A DNA stretch of 19,706 nucleotides, from the IMG/VR virus record IMGVR_UViG_2617270940_000004, positions 1 to 19,706 of that record; one strand, written 5' to 3'. The DNA is from a virus (lineage: Duplodnaviria > Heunggongvirae > Uroviricota > Caudoviricetes). The notes beneath the pieces were generated by a model. The model was not told the DNA's origin and made no database searches. It saw only the letters and a program-made list of their open reading frames with translations. Positions within the stretch are counted from its first letter, which is position 1, and the number at the start of each line of letters is the position of its first letter. A program made the position numbers and the translations under genes. This document shows positions 7,304-14,719 of the stretch, piece after piece.

Positions 7304-7505
7304 ACACCAGTCTGGGAGTTAGTTTGAGAACCTGCTTCCGTATATATAAATAACTAAGTACTAATTATTAATATATACAGACGCAGGCTTTTTAAGACGT
7401 GATTTCCAAACAACTCCCAGACCGTTTTACACCTCCAGAACCCACTGGAGCCCCTCTCCAGACGCTCTAGAATCGATTTTATGAACCACAGTAAGGAAAA
7501 CTATC

Positions 7506-7736
7506 ATGGTATACCCGACGAACGTCGTAGCGCTCGTTGAGAGCGATTTTCTGGCCACAGTGCGCGACATGATGAAAGATCGCGATAAGGCTTTCAGTCT
7601 CTACGAATGGTCGCTCAAATGTCTTCATTCAGGCGAGCACAAAGAGCTGGTGGAGCAGCTGTTAGGGGAACTCATCAATGAGGTGTTTGCCCTGAACGTC
7701 CAGCTTCATGGGCGAGAAATTAATCAATCAATATAA
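7506..7736 (+). CDS. Hypothetical small protein (76 aa)
   Basis: ATG with AAGGA 8 nt upstream; stop codon overlaps the family A palindrome at 7736-7755. Confidence 0.5.
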   Translation: MVYPTNVVALVESDFLATVRDMMKDRDKAFSLYEWSLKCLHSGEHKELVEQLLGELINEVFALNVQLHGREINQSI

Positions 7737-7755
7737 TAGGTAAGTACTTACCATT
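7736..7755. promoter_or_regulatory. Family A palindromic site (putative operator)
   Basis: ATAGGTAAGTACTTACCATT; core GGTAAGTACTTACC is a perfect 14 bp palindrome. Confidence 0.55.
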
Positions 7756-8330
7756 CAAAACGCCACTAACCAGTGATACAATCTATCCGCTTCCGGATAC
7801 TTTCGGCAGCTCGACCTGATGGGTGGGGGATAGCGTCACTGGCGTCAGGTTTAAAAAAGCTCACTACCAGCGTAGAACCGGCACCGTTTAGGGGTTGGGG
7901 AAGGGGGAACCAAAGTGGGCAGAGAGAAGGGTCACTTTATGATTGTCGAGTCTGGAGTGTTTCGAGAGGTTGAATCCAGTACTCCCCTTCATAAAGTGTG
8001 GGAAGATCTCGGTTCTGGGGTGCTGTCATCCATAACTTCCCAAGCCTAAGCTGGCAGTAGACTTAGGTCATAACTTTTCAGGTTATGAAACGACCAGGTT
8101 GGTGAGGAAATTTTGTACTCACCTCCCTGGGAGAGTATTACCTGAAAAGACAACCTCTCACTTCGTTCGAGGTGAACTTCACTCACTTCGTTCGTTCAGT
8201 TCAGGTTTTATTAAAACCTGTTCTGGGAAGTAATTTTTCTTTTCTAAAAAATTTTTAATATTTACACGCACGCGTGCGCACACGCGCGAGGGGAAAAAAA
8301 ATCGTCGCGGCGCGCGATTCTGGAGCCAAA

Positions 8331-8939
8331 ATGACGACCAAGACCCCAGCCCGGCAACATACTGGCTGCCGCACGAAGTCCAAAGCCAGATACCAAACCC
8401 ACCAGCAATCCCGTACCAACTTCAAAACCCCCGTAGTCGAGTTCAATCCCCAGCTCAAAACCGTAAAAGTATTCAGTGATGGCTCCTGCCTCAAAAATCC
8501 GGGCGGGCCGGGCGGTTACGGCATCGTTCTCCAGTATCGAGGCGAAGAGCGCGAGCTTTCTGAGGGCTTCCACAGCACGACCAACAATCGGATGGAGATG
8601 ATGGGCGCCCTGATTGCGCTGGAGCGTCTGAAGTACCCCTGCAACGTGATCCTGCATTCCGACAGCCAGTATCTTAAAAACGGCATGACGCTCTGGATGA
8701 AAGGCTGGAAGCGTAACGGATGGATCACGTCTGAGAAGAAGCCAGTCAAAAACGTGGATCTCTGGAAACGTCTCGACGCGGCCGCCAGTCGTCATAATGT
8801 CCGCTGGAAGTGGGTTAAAGGCCATGCAGGTCATCGCGAGAACGAAATGTGTGACCGTCTGGCGAAGATCGCCGCCTATTCCGCAGCTGATATGCCTCAC
8901 AAGCATGACATTGGGTTTTTGTCACAAAAAGATAAGTAA
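8331..8939 (+). CDS. rnhA: Ribonuclease HI homologue with ~45 aa basic N-terminal extension
   Basis: [75 protein letters not shown] and [20 protein letters not shown] match recalled E. coli RNase HI blocks. Start set at ATG 8331 (GGAG 5 nt upstream); ORF is open from 8274. Confidence 0.8.
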   Translation: MTTKTPARQHTGCRTKSKARYQTHQQSRTNFKTPVVEFNPQLKTVKVFSDGSCLKNPGGPGGYGIVLQYRGEERELSEGFHSTTNNRMEMMGALIALERLKYPCNVILHSDSQYLKNGMTLWMKGWKRNGWITSEKKPVKNVDLWKRLDAAASRHNVRWKWVKGHAGHRENEMCDRLAKIAAYSAADMPHKHDIGFLSQKDK

Positions 8940-8951
8940 GTATTTACCTAC
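8932..8951. promoter_or_regulatory. Family A palindromic site (putative operator)
   Basis: ATAAGTAAGTATTTACCTAC overlapping the RNase H stop codon (TAA 8937-8939). Confidence 0.5.
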
Positions 8952-9031
8952 TATAATAAATCAGGTATCTTATAAATCGTCAGGATGACGAAGTACCGGT
9001 TAGGTACGGTTCCAGGATGGAACGCCAAAAG

Positions 9032-9052
9032 GCGGCTGGCTTGGCCAGCCGC
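9032..9052 (+). terminator. Hairpin, weak terminator candidate
   Basis: Stem GCGGCTGGC / GCCAGCCGC with loop TTG, followed by AACTCTTTCT (poor U-tract). Confidence 0.3.
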
Positions 9053-9081
9053 AACTCTTTCTGACACTGAATGGAATCCAC

Positions 9082-9582
9082 ATGGCCCGTCAAACGTCTT
9101 TCACTTCTTTCAATAAACGTCCCCGTTCAATTCGCCTGGTGCTGACCGAGCTGTTTAGTGGTCGTGTTTCCGCACGCCTTACGGAACTGGAAGAACGAGT
9201 GTTTGAACTGGAGAAGCGCATTAATGCGCAAGCTACCGCCATAGCTAATCTGGGCACGACAGTAGGCATGGAGAAGGTGCGTAATAGCGTCGCTTCTCGT
9301 GTGTTGCGTGAAACCCGGACACACAAGGACAGTTCTCATGGAAAATTTTCAACGAAATCGACTGAAGCCAATGGCCTACGGAGTGATTTTGGCAACTCTG
9401 GCAGCGATTACCGTACCAGCCGGTCAGAGCCTTTTGATGCCGGGCACAGCTACTTCCACTGCCACCACAGCCTTGCAGATGACACCCCTGCCCGAACGAC
9501 CTCCTGTCTCTCTGGATGGGATGCTGATGGACACGATTCCAGCTCGACCTGCGACTCCGGATCTTCCTTCTGCTGTGACTGA
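9082..9582 (+). CDS. Hypothetical protein with predicted coiled-coil segment; 3' half doubtful
   Basis: 166 aa ORF; residues ~30-75 (RLTELEERVFELEKRINAQATAIANLG) look coiled-coil; C-terminal third is S/D/G/C/H-rich and overlaps an alternative-frame ORF (9338-9595), so the 3' extent is uncertain. Confidence 0.35.
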   Translation: MARQTSFTSFNKRPRSIRLVLTELFSGRVSARLTELEERVFELEKRINAQATAIANLGTTVGMEKVRNSVASRVLRETRTHKDSSHGKFSTKSTEANGLRSDFGNSGSDYRTSRSEPFDAGHSYFHCHHSLADDTPARTTSCLSGWDADGHDSSSTCDSGSSFCCD

Positions 9583-9595
9583 GGCTATTGTATGA
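9338..9595 (+). CDS. Hypothetical small membrane/secreted protein (alternative frame to 9082-9582)
   Basis: ATG 9338 with AAGGA 9 nt upstream; hydrophobic segment MAYGVILATLAAITVPA; stop overlaps start of next ORF (ATGA at 9592-9595). Confidence 0.4.
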   Translation: MENFQRNRLKPMAYGVILATLAAITVPAGQSLLMPGTATSTATTALQMTPLPERPPVSLDGMLMDTIPARPATPDLPSAVTEAIV

Positions 9596-9780
9596 AATGG
9601 AACTTCCAGAAATTCACCTTGATGATTGTTGGCTTTACCGTTTTTTTGTTTAGCGGCTGGATCATGAATCTGGTGAAACTTGTGAACGATGGTGATCTCC
9701 AGTCTCATGCCGGAGTGACACTTGCGCGTGTCGTGGGCATTTTCGTTGTTCCGGTGGGCGGCATCCTCGGGTTCTTTTGA
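9592..9780 (+). CDS. Hypothetical small membrane protein (62 aa, two predicted TM helices)
   Basis: GAGG 7 nt upstream; FTLMIVGFTVFLFSGWIM and VVGIFVVPVGGILGFF hydrophobic stretches. Confidence 0.45.
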   Translation: MKWNFQKFTLMIVGFTVFLFSGWIMNLVKLVNDGDLQSHAGVTLARVVGIFVVPVGGILGFF

Positions 9781-9802
9781 TGCTGAATGATTTTCTGCAT
9801 TG

Positions 9803-9820
9803 TTAAAACAAATTGTTTAG
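9803..9820. promoter_or_regulatory. Family B palindromic site (putative operator)
   Basis: TTAAAACAAATTGTTTAG; half-sites AAACAA / TTGTTT around a central base. Confidence 0.5.
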
Positions 9821-9846
9821 ACAAATGATTAATGAGAGTTAACAAC

Positions 9847-9870
9847 AAGGGCCGCTGACGGCCCTTTTGT
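9847..9870 (+). terminator. Rho-independent terminator candidate
   Basis: Stem AAGGGCCG / CGGCCCTT with loop CTGA, followed by TTGT. Confidence 0.55.
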
Positions 9871-9886
9871 ACTGAATGGAAAACGT

Positions 9887-10702
9887 ATGTTTGAGGTAAC
9901 TGCACACGCTCCCAGCACCACAGGCTTACATGCCAGGCCATCGATGACCAGTCAGGAGATCGCCGAAATGGTCGGCAGTCGCCATGACAGCGTAAAACGC
10001 ACCATTGAAAGACTCGCTAAATCCGGCGTTATTACTTTTCCACCAATGGTGGAAAAGCCCACTGCCGGGCGTCCGGCTACCTTTTACTTGTTCGAAGCCG
10101 AACAGGGTAAGCGCGACAGTATCGTTGTCGTGGCACAGCTTTCTCCTGAATTTACCGCACGTCTTGTTGATCGGTGGAGAGAGCTTGAATCCATGTTTGC
10201 CTACCACGGAACGCCTGCTATTCCGCGTACCTATAAAGAAGCGCTGGTTCATTTGCTGCGCCAGGTTGAGGAAAACGAGCGTCTGGAGAGTGAGAACGAG
10301 GCGTTGGGCGTAGCACTATCCAACGCAAAGCCAAAAGCCATTCTCATGGACACCATTTGCGGCACTGCTGATGAACTTTATGGGTTGAATGAAGCCGGTC
10401 GCATTCTCGGCACGTCCGGGGCTGTTCTGGGTGCGCTGATGGACTCGCTGGGTGATGTGTACGTTAAGCGCAAATACACCACTGTTAACCGCCAGTTCCT
10501 CAAGATCTTCATTGACCGCGGATATGGCAAAAACGTTGTCATCGGAAACGGTCGCAACCAGGCCAAGTTCACCTTTAAAGGGCTTTGCTTTGCAGCTGTG
10601 AAACTAATTGCAGCCGGGTTGATTGCCTCCAGCGCCATTGAATATGAGCCGTGTCGTGAGCATGTCGAACGTGCAATGAAGGAATCCAAACGTCTTCATT
10701 GA
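9887..10702 (+). CDS. Phage antirepressor-type regulator (Rha-like N-terminal domain + ANT/KilAC-like C-terminal domain)
   Basis: N-terminal MTSQEIAEMVGSRHDSVKRTIERL resembles the Rha family; C-terminal ILGTSGAVLGALMDSLGDVYVKRKYTTVNRQFLKIFIDRGYGKNVV resembles the ANT domain. Start uncertain (9887 or 9944). Confidence 0.55.
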   Translation: MFEVTAHAPSTTGLHARPSMTSQEIAEMVGSRHDSVKRTIERLAKSGVITFPPMVEKPTAGRPATFYLFEAEQGKRDSIVVVAQLSPEFTARLVDRWRELESMFAYHGTPAIPRTYKEALVHLLRQVEENERLESENEALGVALSNAKPKAILMDTICGTADELYGLNEAGRILGTSGAVLGALMDSLGDVYVKRKYTTVNRQFLKIFIDRGYGKNVVIGNGRNQAKFTFKGLCFAAVKLIAAGLIASSAIEYEPCREHVERAMKESKRLH

Positions 10703-10773
10703 CCGTCAGTATGGACGTCCACCTTTATGTAGCGTTTGGCCACCTTTTCAGTCACGTCACAATAACACAATTG

Positions 10774-10791
10774 AGAAAACAACTTGTTTAA
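10774..10791. promoter_or_regulatory. Family B palindromic site with conserved upstream ATAACA box (putative promoter/operator)
   Basis: AGAAAACAACTTGTTTAA preceded by CAATAACACAATTGAG; lies ~20 nt upstream of the 10811 start codon. Confidence 0.55.
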
Positions 10792-10810
10792 AAACATAAG
10801 GAAAAAACAC

Positions 10811-11383
10811 ATGTGCGACAAATGCAAAAAAACTAATGCCAAAGTTGAAAGCGTGATTAAAAAAGTTGGTGCGGCCGAACTGGTTGAGATCATGGGTCTT
10901 GTGGCTGGTCACGAAGACGACGCCTCCCCTATTGACCGCCTTTTCAGCGTTCTCAAGTTCTCAAGCATGATTGATGATCCGATTGAAATTGTGATGCTGG
11001 CGCGTCATTTCGGCGAAGCGTATCTGGAAGAGAAAGAACGCGCCGACAAACTTCAGGCAACTCTGGAAATGGTAAGCAAGCCGAAGTGCTCACCGGATTC
11101 AGTCAAGGCAGATGAAACCAACGCCAGCAAAGATCGTGAAATCGCCGGGTTGAAGTTTTCTCTGGCGATGTTGCTGGCCGCCTTCAAACTGATGTCTTCC
11201 CAGGCTGGATTCAAAATGCCTGAGCTGAACAGCGACGATCCGATGGCCGTTCGCCAGCTGCTGGGGGCAATGGCCGACCAGCTTGACGACACCAAGAGCC
11301 GTCTTGAAGACATGATGCGCGAGCTGACCCATCGCTACGACCTGAACAAACAGCCGCAAAAGATGCAGCCTTTACATCATTAA
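10811..11383 (+). CDS. Hypothetical protein
   Basis: ATG 10811 with AAGGA 8 nt upstream (ORF track TTG start 10784 lies inside the operator motif); 190 aa, N-terminal CDKCKK. Confidence 0.5.
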   Translation: MCDKCKKTNAKVESVIKKVGAAELVEIMGLVAGHEDDASPIDRLFSVLKFSSMIDDPIEIVMLARHFGEAYLEEKERADKLQATLEMVSKPKCSPDSVKADETNASKDREIAGLKFSLAMLLAAFKLMSSQAGFKMPELNSDDPMAVRQLLGAMADQLDDTKSRLEDMMRELTHRYDLNKQPQKMQPLHH

Positions 11384-11388
11384 TATAT

Positions 11389-11405
11389 AGGGGGCAAAGC
11401 CCCCT
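11389..11405. terminator. Bidirectional hairpin between convergent genes
   Basis: AGGGGGC AAA GCCCCCT perfect stem-loop between the stop of 10811-11383 (+) and the stop of 11409-11828 (-). Confidence 0.5.
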
Positions 11406-11408
11406 ACT

Positions 11409-11828
11409 CTACTTTGCGGCGTCTAACAATAAGCCGCAATTTTCGCTCATGTATGCCGCAGTTGCCGGATTGCCTCTGTCATTATTCGAATTGTTCATTT
11501 CAGGGTGAGCGTCCCAGGCCACTGATTCCTGAGATGATAGATAGACGGCAAAGTCGACGATTTCATCATCTCCGGTTTTAACGTTGCCAAGCAATTCATT
11601 TGCCTTTCTCCAGTGCTTCAGCGCGAGAATTCTGAACTGTTTTGCATTTTCAGCAGGCACTGCACTGGATTTGTCTGTGTAGATATTCGATATGTCGGCA
11701 TAAAGAGCGCATTTAACATAGCTGGTTGCCCTGCCGGTCTCTTTAAAACGTTGCTCTGTGTTGTTGGCGTAGACATTCACAGCAAAAGCGCTGGCAATTC
11801 CCAGCAATATAATTTTCTTCATCATCAT
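11409..11828 (-). CDS. Hypothetical secreted protein with signal peptide
   Basis: N-terminus MMMKKIILLGIASAFAVNVYA is a signal-peptide-like sequence; the only substantial minus-strand gene outside the IS elements; AT-rich; no clear SD. Confidence 0.5.
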   Translation of the reverse strand: MMMKKIILLGIASAFAVNVYANNTEQRFKETGRATSYVKCALYADISNIYTDKSSAVPAENAKQFRILALKHWRKANELLGNVKTGDDEIVDFAVYLSSQESVAWDAHPEMNNSNNDRGNPATAAYMSENCGLLLDAAK

Positions 11829-11971
11829 TACTCAATAAGGAGGCGACAAATATCTTACGTGTAGTTGTCAGTTGAGTATTAAGCAAACTCAATAAACTTA
11901 TAAGTATCTCCCTGTGCAGCCTGTGAATCCTTATTTATTACCTACTCAATTTTGAAATAATAACACCAACA

Positions 11972-11989
11972 AGAAAACAATTTGTTTAA
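11972..11989. promoter_or_regulatory. Family B palindromic site with conserved upstream ATAACA box
   Basis: AGAAAACAATTTGTTTAA preceded by TAATAACACCAACAAG; ~10 nt upstream of the 12000 start codon. Confidence 0.55.
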
Positions 11990-11999
11990 TGGTGCAGTC

Positions 12000-13685
12000 A
12001 TGAATACAGCCCTTTCCATCATTGACGCTATCACTCCAAACACTGATATCGACTACCGGCAGGAAATGAACGTTATCCACGAAATTGTGGCCGAGTGCGA
12101 GAAAGAGATCGCATTCATGCATCAGGTTCACGACTTCGTTTATGGCGACGAACGCCACAGCATGATTAACCGTCTACTGCGGCTCAATCACCGGCCGGAC
12201 GACGAGCGCACACGCTTTAACAGAACCTGGCTGGACAAAGTCGACCTGGAATGGGTGAAACAAAATATCTGGGCCGAGTACTGGAAGAAGGTCACGGATA
12301 TGACCAACGTTCTGTTGATCATGCCAGCATCCCGCCGCGACGAGTGGCGTGAACAGTTTATCGAGGGCAAGCAGGAAACGATCAAGACTGACAGAACTGG
12401 CTATCAAATGAAGGTTAAAGAGTTCGTTGGTGTACCTGAGTTCAAAGCAGAAACGGTCATACCAACGATGCTTAATTTGCTGAATGACAGGCACAAATAT
12501 CTCTCTGAGCGCGTGTATGGCTTGTTTAAGGCGTTGAGTCCTGCTCACAAGACCAATAAGACGAACGGCTTCAGCGAGCGTCTGATCATCGCCGACTGCA
12601 TTTCCGATTTCTGGCGGGACAGCGTCAGCGTTAACTACCGGAAAGAGGATTACATAGACGACCTGCGCGTCATGTTGCATTTCTTTGCACACAAAGAATT
12701 TATCACCATCAATCGCACGGCCGAGATGCTGTCAGCTGCGTATCGAGCAAATGACTGCCAGACCGGCGACTGGATGAATGTCGACGGAAACCTGATGCGT
12801 GTGAAGATGTTTAAGAACGGCAACGTTCACTTTGAAATACATCCTGACGTAGCCTGGAAGCTGAATGAGGTGCTGGCTTACAGTATGCCCGCTGCAATCC
12901 CGGCTCCATGTCGTACTGCGCCCAAAACACGGGCACCAAAACAGTTCGGGTTAATCCAGAAGACGATCTCCGAGCCGGTGCGTACTGCGCTTCGCGACGG
13001 GCGATCTGGCAATGACAAACGCGTATGGTACTTCTCTGATTCCGGTCTCCAGAAGTCACAGGTGGAAGAGCTGGAGCGTACACTGAGCTTTATTGGCGGC
13101 GTGCAGGAGAACAAGCACTGGCAGTTCCCGTATGAGATCGGCCATACGCTCAATACGATTGTGGCCACCGGCGTAATACCGGATACAAAATCACACCAGT
13201 TCTACCCTACCCCGCGTTTGATAGCGGAGTACGTTGCCAGAGCCATTGAGCTGAAACCAGGTGAGAAGCTGCTGGAGCCTGAAGCCGGGCGTGGAGATCT
13301 GCTGGCCTGCATCGACGCCAACCCGGAAGACGTCACCTGCATAGAAGTCGCGCCTCTCTTTGCTGATATCCTGCTTGGCAAGGGGTACACAAATACGGTC
13401 TGCTGCGACTTCATGAAGTGGTCTGAGAACAACGCAGGCTATCAGTTCGACAAAATCGTCATGAACCCACCCTACTCTCTCGGTCGTCACAGAGAGCACA
13501 CATTGGCCGCGCTGGGGCATCTGAAAGTTGGTGGGCGTCTGGTAGCAGTGCTGCCGGGCGACGCGCCAATTCTAAACTGGATGACGCTGGATAATTACGT
13601 TTATGCCAAAGGGAAGTCGTTTACTAACGTGTTTGAAGACACCGGGATTACTGTCAGCGTATACGTTTTTAAACGCGTTAAATGA
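12000..13685 (+). CDS. Large orphan N6-adenine DNA methyltransferase (C-terminal SAM-dependent MTase domain, N-terminal ~400 aa domain of unknown function)
   Basis: C-terminal FYPTPRLIAEYVA ... LLEPEAGRGDLL (motif I) ... DKIVMNPPYSLG (motif IV NPPY). No adjacent restriction gene. Start set at ATG 12000. Confidence 0.7.
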   Translation: MNTALSIIDAITPNTDIDYRQEMNVIHEIVAECEKEIAFMHQVHDFVYGDERHSMINRLLRLNHRPDDERTRFNRTWLDKVDLEWVKQNIWAEYWKKVTDMTNVLLIMPASRRDEWREQFIEGKQETIKTDRTGYQMKVKEFVGVPEFKAETVIPTMLNLLNDRHKYLSERVYGLFKALSPAHKTNKTNGFSERLIIADCISDFWRDSVSVNYRKEDYIDDLRVMLHFFAHKEFITINRTAEMLSAAYRANDCQTGDWMNVDGNLMRVKMFKNGNVHFEIHPDVAWKLNEVLAYSMPAAIPAPCRTAPKTRAPKQFGLIQKTISEPVRTALRDGRSGNDKRVWYFSDSGLQKSQVEELERTLSFIGGVQENKHWQFPYEIGHTLNTIVATGVIPDTKSHQFYPTPRLIAEYVARAIELKPGEKLLEPEAGRGDLLACIDANPEDVTCIEVAPLFADILLGKGYTNTVCCDFMKWSENNAGYQFDKIVMNPPYSLGRHREHTLAALGHLKVGGRLVAVLPGDAPILNWMTLDNYVYAKGKSFTNVFEDTGITVSVYVFKRVK

Positions 13686-13704
13686 GAGGTAAATACTTAC
13701 CTAA
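13685..13704. promoter_or_regulatory. Family A palindromic site (putative operator)
   Basis: AGAGGTAAATACTTACCTAA, starting at the last base of the methyltransferase stop codon. Confidence 0.5.
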
Positions 13705-13747
13705 TCTATGTAAGAATATAGTGACTATATGATAAGAGAAAAAACAC

Positions 13748-14437
13748 ATGAGCAATCTTCCGTTAGAGCGTTTTAACGTCAAAAGCCATGCCGACTTTCC
13801 TTTCAAATTTGTAATGAGAGGTTATGCAGAGGAAGCAGTAGGCCAGATCATCATTGACAAAGGCATTGTTAAGTTTGAAGGGGATTATGATGAATCCGCG
13901 AAAACATTCATAGACTTCGTTGCTAAACGTTGGAGCGAGCAATGGAGAGACCTGGAAAAACGTGCTCGTGAATTTGATGTATTCATGTCTGCAATTGATA
14001 CAGAAAAAACGGCTCTGGCTGCGGGTACTCCGTTAGATTTGGAGTCTCTGTTTAAAGGTGAAATGGCCTCTGCGATGTTCGCAACCATGTTTGCCGGTGA
14101 GTTTGTTCGTAGCGGGGCCAGAAACTACCTGGAGCTGGGGTACGACGTTCCTGAAATGGGTGAGTTTACCGTCACCATTCAACGCAAAGAAGGTAAGACT
14201 CCTGGCGAACGTATCGCTGAACTTGAGGCCGTTGTGGATCAGCGTAACGGCGAGTGCGTCCGTTTGATTAATGAACGTGATGCGCTGCGCGAAGAGCAGC
14301 TAAACAAAGGCTCGAACACACGCGCGGCCGCAGACATCTACTTCCAGTTGGTTGAGGAATGCCAGATCCCGCCAGGTGGCTCTTTGGTCGAGTTCGTTCG
14401 CGAATTGCAGGAGAAAGCAGAGAGGTGCGCGGCATGA
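13748..14437 (+). CDS. Hypothetical protein (229 aa)
   Basis: Long ORF with ordinary composition; stop overlaps next start (ATGA at 14434-14437). Confidence 0.5.
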   Translation: MSNLPLERFNVKSHADFPFKFVMRGYAEEAVGQIIIDKGIVKFEGDYDESAKTFIDFVAKRWSEQWRDLEKRAREFDVFMSAIDTEKTALAAGTPLDLESLFKGEMASAMFATMFAGEFVRSGARNYLELGYDVPEMGEFTVTIQRKEGKTPGERIAELEAVVDQRNGECVRLINERDALREEQLNKGSNTRAAADIYFQLVEECQIPPGGSLVEFVRELQEKAERCAA

Positions 14438-14673
14438 ATGATCTGCTTGTCGAGCGAGTCTCCGCTTTTGTTAAGTCCCCGCTGAATAATCCCCTCACCC
14501 GCTGTGAGCAGATGGAGCTGGCAAGGTGGTTTCTGCGTATCCATGAGCAGATGGAAGTTTTTAAACAGTTGCCGGATCTGCCCATTACAGACGGCCAAAT
14601 TCAGTGTGCCACTTCAGTACGGTCGACGATGACAACGACGCAAACCTGCTTTTCGTCAAATCCGAAATCATAA
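14434..14673 (+). CDS. Hypothetical small protein, possibly frameshifted at its 3' end
   Basis: ATG 14434 with GAGAGG upstream, translationally coupled to the previous gene; C-terminal ~25 aa look non-protein-like while another frame looks protein-like (see findings). Confidence 0.4.
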   Translation: MNDLLVERVSAFVKSPLNNPLTRCEQMELARWFLRIHEQMEVFKQLPDLPITDGQIQCATSVRSTMTTTQTCFSSNPKS

Positions 14674-14719
14674 AGTTGCGCAGGGAGAGAGAGAAATCGA
14701 CGCAGAGCAGGCCCGCAAT

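Noticed and set aside
7341-7379. LexA box in the AT-rich palindrome downstream of the Dam-like MTase
   Set aside because: It has an ATATACAG right half but no CTGT left half at the required spacing; only the site at 16085-16100 fits CTGT-N8-ACAG.
7773-7973. 66 aa ORF inside the structured non-coding region
   Set aside because: GTG/TTG start, no RBS, Gly/Arg-rich low-complexity product; region treated as non-coding regulatory or structural DNA.
8255-8906. Minus-strand ORFs (8262-8906, 8255-8494) antisense to RNase H
   Set aside because: The plus-strand frame carries unmistakable RNase HI motifs; the antisense ORFs are shadows.
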